From NCBI GenBank assembly GCA_043811375.1, contig JBDRNJ010000072.1, positions 64,001 through 128,000 of the forward strand: a stretch of DNA of 64,000 nt. The letters are read 5' to 3'. The translations under genes and the position numbers were made by a program. This DNA comes from a bacterium (lineage in GTDB: Bacteria; Zixibacteria; MSB-5A5; GN15; FEB-12). Within the stretch, counting starts at the first letter, position 1, and each line of letters starts with the position of its first letter. The notes under the pieces were generated by a model. That model saw only the letters and a list, made by a program, of their open reading frames with translations, was not told the origin of the DNA and made no database searches. Shown piece by piece: positions 49,617 through 57,394 of this stretch.

Positions 49617-50978
49617 ATGTTTGATGCAATTCGTCACAGGCATGTGGGGCACCGGGCGGCTATAGCGCTGGCCATACTCATTCTCCTTGGCTGCTCACAG
49701 ACGGGCAACAACGATGTGAACGCTCCTGCAATGTCGTTGCGCATGGAGATAACTTCGCCGGAGTTGATGAAGTTGGTGACTCAGTTTGAACTGGTGGTCA
49801 CCGGCCCGGGAATGGATTCCATCTTTGCCGAGTTGACACTCGAGGGCCGTTACCTGGTGGGAGAGGTGGATGTCCCGGTGGGGCGTGATCGGAAATTTGA
49901 AATCTTCGCCAGGGATGCCAACGGGCGTGAAATATATCGGGGCGTCATCGTCAAAGATGTGTCCCCCGGCGACCAGGTGGAACTGATCGTCAACCTGTAT
50001 CCGGTGGTGCCGCTGATAAAACTCTCTCCCCGATTCGTGCAGGTGCCGTCAGACTCGTCTGGTTCACTGGATGTCAGGGTCTACAGACTGGACAGTCTTT
50101 TCAACATCTCCTTCAAGGTCTACTCCTCGAGTTACCTGGTGCATCTCGACAGTGCAGTGCTGGGGCCGGATGTTGATCCCAATGACTTTCTGTTAGACCA
50201 GACCAGTGGCGATACCGGGTCTTATTCTATTACGCCGTTAGAAGTACATCGCCTTCCGATAGTTGATGACAGCGGCTACGCCACCCTGGCCTCTATTTAT
50301 TACAGCACTTTCTATCCGGAGATGGGCAGTGATACGGCAGTGTTAACCATCGAACCGACGCTGATGTATAAGACGAATGACGACTCGATCCCGGTGGCCA
50401 GTGTCGTGGCCGACGAAAGTCTGATTCAGATAATACCGAATACCGAGAATCCGGTTATCGTTTTCCCTGATGCACAACTGGATTACGTGGTCCGGCAGGC
50501 CTTGGAACCACCGAAGCCAGAAGGAGCTTTATTCCTGTCGGACGTGCTGACGATCAGCGCACTGTATGCGGGTGTTATATCCGCTGAACCCGCCATCTCT
50601 GACCTGACCGGCTTGCACTACCTGACCAATCTGGTTCATCTGACTCTAACTGACAACGATATCCGTGATATTAGCGAGCTTTCCACCCTGGTTAATCTGG
50701 AAATGCTGTTTCTGGGCAACAACGACTCGATCCAAGACATCACGGCATTATCCGGTCTGACGAAACTGCAACAATTGGGTCTCCAGAGTAATAATATCGT
50801 CGATGTTCGGCCGCTGGCGCTGAATAGTGGCCTCGACAGCAGCGACATAGTGTTTCTTGAAAATAACCCCCTGCAGGACATCACCCAGTTGGTGCCACTA
50901 TGTATCCGCCAGGTGGTTGTGTACCTGCAACCGGAAATCAACTACTGTTCCACTATCGGTCGTGAACCTGGCCCGTGA
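49617..50978 (+). CDS. Lipoprotein with Ig-like, cohesin-like and internalin-type LRR regions
   Basis: Lipobox LLGC, FPDAQL cap, and LRRs LTNLVHLTLTDNDIRDISEL and LTKLQQLGLQSNNIVDV. Confidence 0.7.
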   Translation: MFDAIRHRHVGHRAAIALAILILLGCSQTGNNDVNAPAMSLRMEITSPELMKLVTQFELVVTGPGMDSIFAELTLEGRYLVGEVDVPVGRDRKFEIFARDANGREIYRGVIVKDVSPGDQVELIVNLYPVVPLIKLSPRFVQVPSDSSGSLDVRVYRLDSLFNISFKVYSSSYLVHLDSAVLGPDVDPNDFLLDQTSGDTGSYSITPLEVHRLPIVDDSGYATLASIYYSTFYPEMGSDTAVLTIEPTLMYKTNDDSIPVASVVADESLIQIIPNTENPVIVFPDAQLDYVVRQALEPPKPEGALFLSDVLTISALYAGVISAEPAISDLTGLHYLTNLVHLTLTDNDIRDISELSTLVNLEMLFLGNNDSIQDITALSGLTKLQQLGLQSNNIVDVRPLALNSGLDSSDIVFLENNPLQDITQLVPLCIRQVVVYLQPEINYCSTIGREPGP

Positions 50979-51001
50979 AGAGCCGTTTCCAGCCTTACCA
51001 A

Positions 51002-51080
51002 CGAATCATGCTCCTGCTGATTATTTCAGCAGGAGCATTCGTTTAGCACAAAAGAAAAGCCGGTCGGGATGACCGGCTTG
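51002..51080. terminator. Two hairpins between the convergent operons
   Basis: ATGCTCCTGCTGA-ttatt-TCAGCAGGAGCAT, and AAGCCGGTC-ggga-TGACCGGCTT preceded by an A-run (minus-strand terminator). Confidence 0.65.
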
Positions 51081-51106
51081 GTTAGTCAGATAGAAATCAG
51101 TAGTGT

Positions 51107-51658
51107 CTATTCACGGTCAAACCAGACATCCTCGGTGATTATGGCTTCAAAAGTCGTGGTGGTCGGTATTTCAGCTTCGGAGCCTTTGATGAACAGGCCG
51201 AAGATCAGCAGGTAGGACAACAGCTTGCGTCCTTTCCCATCCGCCGCTATGATCCCCGATCCATCTTCTGTCACCGCGGATAACATAATTGGCTTGTCAC
51301 CCTCGGGTTTGAACTCACCTTTGGGCTGAAGGTCTATCAGCTCCACCTTCAGGAAACCGGGCTTGCCGCCCTTACCTGCGGCCTGCACCGATGTGATCCG
51401 GGCTGATCCGTTGGCACCTTTTTCGACTATCACTACGCCACCGATATCGATGTCGCTTTCGAGCGTAATCTCAACTTCATCACCAGGTTTGACAAACTTG
51501 GACGAAACATCGGCAACAAACTTAACCTGCACTTTACTGCCGGCCGTCACTTGCACTGCGGCCGAGGCGTCAGACACCAATCCCAGTGACAACAACAGCG
51601 CCAGCGCCGCAACCGTCAATCTCGTCAGACCTTTGTTGAGTATTGTTTTTCTTTTCAA
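51107..51658 (-). CDS. Exported VirB10/TrbI-like beta protein (hypothetical)
   Basis: SPI signal (ASA), pattern V(T)AG.....V.SS....GD.V...L..D.......G....I..V..AG..G..G.L.V, a hydrophobic insert, then EIP....F...I..DV. Recognised by eye only. Confidence 0.5.
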   Translation of the reverse strand: MKRKTILNKGLTRLTVAALALLLSLGLVSDASAAVQVTAGSKVQVKFVADVSSKFVKPGDEVEITLESDIDIGGVVIVEKGANGSARITSVQAAGKGGKPGFLKVELIDLQPKGEFKPEGDKPIMLSAVTEDGSGIIAADGKGRKLLSYLLIFGLFIKGSEAEIPTTTTFEAIITEDVWFDRE

Positions 51659-51672
51659 CTCGCACCTCTATG

Positions 51673-53898
51673 TTATTTGAACTTGGGCAATTTTTCCTCA
51701 AGACTCTCCTGGCAACTGATTGTTACCTCACCCGTGTTGAATTTCAGGGTAGCATCCAGGTCAAAGATCGAGTAAGGTTCCTTCAACTCCTCCGATTCCA
51801 TCGGGCTTACTCCCCAGGTCTCCGAACTAGGGTCGGTATGCTTCTTGTCCAGGGCAATCAGAATATGATCACCGTTCTTCCATGTAATCCTGAACTCACG
51901 ACCGGCGATGTACATCGCCTTGGGCCAGTCAGGTTCCTGGCCGGGACGGGTTACACAAACGTGAATGTGATGGTCAGGAGGACAGTTGACGACCTTAAAT
52001 GTGTACGCACGGCTGTTCTTGAAATATTCGACCTGGCTGAGATAGGCGTTAGCGCTGTCTAAGGCACCGCCCTCAAGGTTGGGTCTCAATTTCTTCAATT
52101 TCGTTGGCAAAGTAACCAGCAGGTACTTGGGATCGTCCATTTTCTGTTCGTAGCCGGAAAGAGCACCTGCAAAATCGGAACTGGCCGTCTGGACGGTCTC
52201 TTCCTTGACTGCCACCTGCTCCTGTGTAGCACCCTCGGCCATTAGGGCATCGAGCAACTGCTTCTCTTCCGGACTGAGATCCTGGCCATAGTTTCCGCGA
52301 TCATGTTCAATCTGCCGCAGAATCTGGCCCCAAAGCGAGTCCGAAACGGCAGCAGTCGAGGCCAGGATCGACTGCTTAAACAACTCCCAATAAATCAGCA
52401 CTCGTCCACTGCGAGAATACAGTGGCGACGTGTTATCAAGTTTCTGAAAGTAGGCCAACTCATCTTCAATTCCTAAGTGTGCTGAATCCATCACCAGACT
52501 ATCTCCGCCGGGGTACCGTTGCGGCCAGCTATCCTTGACACCGACGATGTCTCTGACATCAGCTATGACAAGGTTAAGCCGTTTACCAGCCGCTTCTGTA
52601 CCGAGACCTTTATATAGTTCTGCAATCCGGTTAGATGAGACGTGGAATTGATTGTAAAAAGAACGCACTAACCACTTACGGCTATAGCGGTCATAGGTGT
52701 TCTTGATTCGATTGCGCTCCGTGCCAAGGAGGTTGTCTTTCATGAACTTGTGCGCACCGAGAATGTTCTCTTCAACTCGTTCCGTTGTAGACAGCAGGTA
52801 CTGGAAATGATACAGGTTCGGCAAGGAGTAGGCCGCCACCCAGATCAGACTCAATACGGCGGCATATTTGGCTACTTTCCGCAGAATCGATATACGCTTA
52901 TTCCGGGTGATCGTTTTCAGCATCCAGTAAAACGGCTGACGGACTCCGACCGGACTAATTTTGCCCGGCGGCTTGTACAGGGAACGCCCGACCTCGGTGC
53001 CGATTTTTTCGGGTTCCTGTCCGGTGGCGGAGACAAAAAATATCTGGAAGTTCAGCGTACGACCGACCACCACCCGGAGGAATTCCTTGAGCTTGATTAA
53101 AACGTTTCTGACGGAAGCGGCCCACTCGGAATCGGAGGCAATGCGATTGGAATTGAGCACTCTCTCCAGGAAGAACTCATAGTCTTCGGCGAAAAAGTGT
53201 TCATCCTCGGCGGTCACCAGAACCGTCTGCTTGTCAGATCGTTCGGGCGAATAACCGGGCAGGCAATCGGCCTTGGTTACGACCAGCGCCAGCGGAATGG
53301 GCAGGCGTCGGTGCAGCGGAGCCAGTTGTTCCACAAAGTCAATAAAGGAAGCGACATGTGCCTGCGTATGTTCTTCGGAGCCGAGCATCTTGGGATCGTA
53401 GAAAAACACGATGCCGTCACAGCCGGACATAAAGTCGGTCACCTTCTCGGAGAAGTCATGTTTCGGGGAGATGGCCACGGCCTTGCCGTCGTAGTCGTAG
53501 GCAACTACCTTTATCTTTTTCTTGCGGTCTACGACTGCGGTGAACTGCAGAACTCTCTCGCCTTTGGTCGGCACGGGAAATTTCTTGTCTTCGCGGAGAT
53601 CGACCACCGTACCCTCATTGCTGGCCGTCCCCACTCCCCAAATATGCCGGAAATTGGCCAGTAAAACACCGGCCGTAGCGCCGTCGGTGACTGAAATTTG
53701 CAGATCCCGCGATATCTTGCTATCCTCGTTGAGGACGGTGTAATAGACGGTCTTGCCGCAGTTGGCGTGACCATAGACGCCTATTCGCACACCGGCCGGC
53801 CATTCAAAGCCGCCTTCGGCGGGAGCACCCTTAGCCTGGCGCTTGGAGGCCGCTTTGGCGCCTTTCTTGAAGAACTTGAATATCTTGCCGAATTTCAC
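51673..53898 (-). CDS. Membrane-anchored TRAFAC GTPase, TssM/IcmF-like topology
   Basis: G1 GHANCGKT, G3 DYDG, G4 LVVTKADCLPGY, G5 VSAT, then a TM segment at about aa 345-365 and a long helical C-terminal region. Confidence 0.65.
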   Translation of the reverse strand: MKFGKIFKFFKKGAKAASKRQAKGAPAEGGFEWPAGVRIGVYGHANCGKTVYYTVLNEDSKISRDLQISVTDGATAGVLLANFRHIWGVGTASNEGTVVDLREDKKFPVPTKGERVLQFTAVVDRKKKIKVVAYDYDGKAVAISPKHDFSEKVTDFMSGCDGIVFFYDPKMLGSEEHTQAHVASFIDFVEQLAPLHRRLPIPLALVVTKADCLPGYSPERSDKQTVLVTAEDEHFFAEDYEFFLERVLNSNRIASDSEWAASVRNVLIKLKEFLRVVVGRTLNFQIFFVSATGQEPEKIGTEVGRSLYKPPGKISPVGVRQPFYWMLKTITRNKRISILRKVAKYAAVLSLIWVAAYSLPNLYHFQYLLSTTERVEENILGAHKFMKDNLLGTERNRIKNTYDRYSRKWLVRSFYNQFHVSSNRIAELYKGLGTEAAGKRLNLVIADVRDIVGVKDSWPQRYPGGDSLVMDSAHLGIEDELAYFQKLDNTSPLYSRSGRVLIYWELFKQSILASTAAVSDSLWGQILRQIEHDRGNYGQDLSPEEKQLLDALMAEGATQEQVAVKEETVQTASSDFAGALSGYEQKMDDPKYLLVTLPTKLKKLRPNLEGGALDSANAYLSQVEYFKNSRAYTFKVVNCPPDHHIHVCVTRPGQEPDWPKAMYIAGREFRITWKNGDHILIALDKKHTDPSSETWGVSPMESEELKEPYSIFDLDATLKFNTGEVTISCQESLEEKLPKFK

Positions 53899-53937
53899 GT
53901 CTGTATTACAACTCCCAAATCAGCATACTCAGCGGGA

Positions 53938-54867
53938 TCATCTGGGCTTCCAGTCTATATGATTCCGCTGGTCAAGTTGCTCCAAGCGATCCCGGCCATG
54001 CTCGCTCCACATGATCGGTACATAGATGGCCAGCAGCACAAACAGCACAATCAGCAGCCCGTAAAACAGATAAGCCGGGTTACGCTGTGACAAAACCAGA
54101 CCGAAATAACGCCAACTGGAGAAGACACCCCGAATCTTTCCCCAGAGTTCCCCGAAAAAACCCTTCACCCGCAACCAGAAACGCGGATCCGTCAGGTAGC
54201 CCCACTGTTTCAGATAGTACTCATTGAGCCTGCTTTTCTGACGCAACTTATTAAACGCTGCAATCCGCTTGAGATGAAACTCAAGCGTGGTTCGATCAGC
54301 CAGGAGATCCGAGCCAAGCTGCAGGCGACGCCGGGCCAGCTGAAGAATTTTCATCGGATCGGTAAGACCGCCGAACTGTTCCGGGCTCAGGTCGGTCTGC
54401 AGGCTTCTGCCGTAGCGATTCAGATAGAGCGCAATCTCGCTTAAGAAAAACGAATTCAGGCTAACGTTGTCGTTGAGGCCGCCCTGTCGAAACAGCAACG
54501 GGACCAGATGATTTTCAAAAAAAGGCACATCCTGTTTGACGGCGCGAACCCCGCGGCACATGCTGTAAGCATGGTTGGAGAGACCGTCGATGTCGGCTTC
54601 CGACTCAAAAAACGTAATCAGCAACTGAATTGTCAGTTGTCGCAGGTCGGAGGCGGTTAACGACGATTGTTTGATTTTCTCCAGGAAGATCTCGTCTAAA
54701 GCCACTGCCTTGTCGCGCTGCTTCCGGAGTGCCTGGAAAACGGCGCGGATACCCCGGTAGTTCTGCAGAAAAGCTTCCGTCTGGAACTGCGCGTAGCTGC
54801 GCTCATAGGTATCCAGATACTTGAAGAGGTTATCAACGTGCGATCTGACAGCTAAACTTTCATCCAT
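53938..54867 (-). CDS. Helical protein with a single C-terminal TM segment (TssL/DotU-like topology)
   Basis: Directly follows tssK; TM segment YLFYGLLIVLFVLLAIYVPIMW near the C-terminus. Confidence 0.5.
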   Translation of the reverse strand: MDESLAVRSHVDNLFKYLDTYERSYAQFQTEAFLQNYRGIRAVFQALRKQRDKAVALDEIFLEKIKQSSLTASDLRQLTIQLLITFFESEADIDGLSNHAYSMCRGVRAVKQDVPFFENHLVPLLFRQGGLNDNVSLNSFFLSEIALYLNRYGRSLQTDLSPEQFGGLTDPMKILQLARRRLQLGSDLLADRTTLEFHLKRIAAFNKLRQKSRLNEYYLKQWGYLTDPRFWLRVKGFFGELWGKIRGVFSSWRYFGLVLSQRNPAYLFYGLLIVLFVLLAIYVPIMWSEHGRDRLEQLDQRNHIDWKPR

Positions 54868-54880
54868 CCCGGTACACATC

Positions 54881-56329
54881 CTACATAGCGTAAACAATCA
54901 GATCAGATTTACCCAGACCGGTAAACTTGCCGGCGTCAGGCGCTCCCCTGAAGATCAGTGTAACCTGACGCACCGCCGGTGAGCGCAGCATGTCCTGGGG
55001 ACGCAGGGCAATTTTGTTTTCAAACGTGACCACGTCAACCTCGATGGGATCCGTCTCGCCCAGTCCGCGGGCATCATTGAGCCCCAGACGCACCAGCATA
55101 CTGGACCACTCCCCGCTGCTGAAGAGGTCTTTGGCTATCAGTATCACGGTGTCGGATATGGGACAGGGTTCGGGAATGTCAATCAGCAGGTAAGCCAACT
55201 CACCGACCTGCTCCAGCCGGGTTCCCCCGTATTCCACGATGCGGTACGTTCTTCCCTGGTAGGTGAGAGTATCGGTGGCGACCGCCTGCTGGCCGAGGTC
55301 TTCTTTTTTCACCTGCGCCAAAAAGCCCATGATCCCACGAACCTGACCGAGAATCTCGTCAATAACCGACAGATGTCCGCCCAGGTCACGGTGGTTGTAT
55401 TCGGCCATCAGAAAACCATCCACCATAGACATGAATCGGCCCACTTCAGTGTTGGCCTGTTTGACAAAGAAACGTTCGTTCAGGAAATCCTTCAGACCGG
55501 GCCGGAGATTCAGCAGCGTCGTGAACGCGCGAAACAACTTCTTGAAAAACACTACCAGATGAAGCGGGTGTTGAGCGTTCCTGCCGACGACAAGCTCGTC
55601 CAGGGTTGAGGAGAGATGATAGGCAAATTGAAATATGGTTTCCTTAAAAGCAGTCTGCAAATCCGTCTGCTCACCGGCCAGGACACCTCCGGCCGCCACA
55701 GCCTTATACGCCTGTGACGACAAGGACAGCAGTTTTTCCAGCCGGTTGTGAAAATCGAGAGTCTTCTTTGATAACCGCTCATCGGCAGCGAGAGTCAGAC
55801 AGGGCGGAAAGTAATTCTGATCGGCAGTTACCTCGCTGCCATCGACAATCACCTGAGCGATTTGCAGAGAACTCCCTTCGGGAACCTGGGGCGGCCGACC
55901 CAGGGCCAGCCGGTAACTGTTGACCAGATACGGAATGCGGGGCAGGTCGTCGGCCGGGTCCGGGTCGCCGACTTCCTTTCGGGCGGTCGGATCGATCCCA
56001 ATGAAGACGGGCACGACACCCTGTTCAACATCCATCTCAGCCGTTACGCTGCCGTGATTGGATTCGTTTATTTCAATAACGCCACCATCAGGCGTCAACG
56101 CCTGACAACGCACAACCTCCACCCCCAGACGATTGGAACTGGCCGAAAGATTGAGACTCAAGGCTGGTCTCCCCGAGAAAGTCTTGCGTACCAGACCATA
56201 GCGATCGTCTGCAGTCAGTGCGTGCCAGCGGGCCAACTCCTGAAAGTACTTTTCCTGGTCTTTGAGATGTTGCTGAGTCACCAACATCCCATCCTGCCAG
56301 TTCACCGAATATAAGTGCAAGTCACTCAT
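54881..56329 (-). CDS. tssK: T6SS baseplate subunit TssK (subtype iii-like)
   Basis: VNWQDGMLVTQQHL...YGL, CQALTPDG, VGDPDP...PRIPY and YFPPC. Confidence 0.85.
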   Translation of the reverse strand: MSDLHLYSVNWQDGMLVTQQHLKDQEKYFQELARWHALTADDRYGLVRKTFSGRPALSLNLSASSNRLGVEVVRCQALTPDGGVIEINESNHGSVTAEMDVEQGVVPVFIGIDPTARKEVGDPDPADDLPRIPYLVNSYRLALGRPPQVPEGSSLQIAQVIVDGSEVTADQNYFPPCLTLAADERLSKKTLDFHNRLEKLLSLSSQAYKAVAAGGVLAGEQTDLQTAFKETIFQFAYHLSSTLDELVVGRNAQHPLHLVVFFKKLFRAFTTLLNLRPGLKDFLNERFFVKQANTEVGRFMSMVDGFLMAEYNHRDLGGHLSVIDEILGQVRGIMGFLAQVKKEDLGQQAVATDTLTYQGRTYRIVEYGGTRLEQVGELAYLLIDIPEPCPISDTVILIAKDLFSSGEWSSMLVRLGLNDARGLGETDPIEVDVVTFENKIALRPQDMLRSPAVRQVTLIFRGAPDAGKFTGLGKSDLIVYAM

Positions 56330-56353
56330 TATCTTGCCTCTAAGTATTAGCGG

Positions 56354-56382
56354 AATTTATGCACCCTTGACAGCTATGTCAA
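56354..56382 (-). promoter_or_regulatory. Internal sigma70-type promoter upstream of tssK with an overlapping palindrome
   Basis: TTGACA-N17-TAAATT; the -35 box is one arm of TTGACA-N4-TGTCAA. Confidence 0.55.
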
Positions 56383-56482
56383 CCTCAATAGACATCATTT
56401 GCACCGGAGACCTGTGATTGATTGGGAATTCCCACTATCGGTGCGGCAAAATACAGTACAGCCAACACCCTTTCGACAACGA

Positions 56483-57394
56483 TTACACAAAGGAAGAGTA
56501 CCCCAGAAAACGGTTTTCCCGGTTGCGGCCAAGGACAAAGCCACGCCCGTCGACCGTAATTTTTACCCGGCAGGCCATATTGTTGGGCATACACGTGCTC
56601 AGCATCCATTCCAGTTTGCGTCTTTGAAGCTGTCCGGGAAGAAGGCGGCGCACGTCGGCGGTGCTGACCCCGCGGATATGAAGTTCGTAGGCAGAATCGC
56701 ATTCCTTGAATGACCGGCCGATCAGAAAATCGCGGCCCAAAGCGCTTGACTTTCCCAGGCGAGATTGAATTTGGTCCGGGATAACATGCTCGGTGGACAC
56801 GTTTTCCACCATCCGGAAATCATACCCGAATATGCGGCGGAGAACTTTCTCGATCATTTTGGAATTGCCGGCCCATCTGTGAAAACGGGGCATAACCGAG
56901 ACCCAGAACAATATCTCGTCGACATCATCAGTGGGAGTGAAAGGCTTAAATCCAAACAACTCCAGATACCTCAGCAGGTGATCGATATCAACCACACCGA
57001 ATGCATACCGCAGTCGGTCATATCGGGCCAGTCCGTCATGACGAATGACGGCGGCATCGAACGGCGCCATCAGATGGCGGGCTTTCTCTTCCCAGGCACC
57101 GGTTCGGGGTATCACACCCTGCAAGCCGTAGAACATCTGGTAGGGCAGATAGTCCACGGCGCTGATACAGCCGACTTCCAGCATAATTTTAGTGTCGTCG
57201 CCGAGTTCCGTGCCCGGACCGGGTTTCTGCCGCCGGACTTCACCACGGTAATTTTCATATTCCCCGACCGCCAGAATATCCACATTCCGGATTTCTACAC
57301 CCATTTGCTTCAGTACGCTGAGAGCGGTGGCAAAATGGAAAGGCTGCCGCCGGGAGCAGAAATCCGGCATGACTTTAGGTTCCACCACGTTCAT
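56483..57394 (-). CDS. tssG: T6SS baseplate subunit TssG
   Basis: LPYQMF...EKARHLMAPFD...GN....KVL...LG.DFLIG pattern; follows tssF with an ATGA overlap. Confidence 0.7.
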   Translation of the reverse strand: MNVVEPKVMPDFCSRRQPFHFATALSVLKQMGVEIRNVDILAVGEYENYRGEVRRQKPGPGTELGDDTKIMLEVGCISAVDYLPYQMFYGLQGVIPRTGAWEEKARHLMAPFDAAVIRHDGLARYDRLRYAFGVVDIDHLLRYLELFGFKPFTPTDDVDEILFWVSVMPRFHRWAGNSKMIEKVLRRIFGYDFRMVENVSTEHVIPDQIQSRLGKSSALGRDFLIGRSFKECDSAYELHIRGVSTADVRRLLPGQLQRRKLEWMLSTCMPNNMACRVKITVDGRGFVLGRNRENRFLGYSSFV

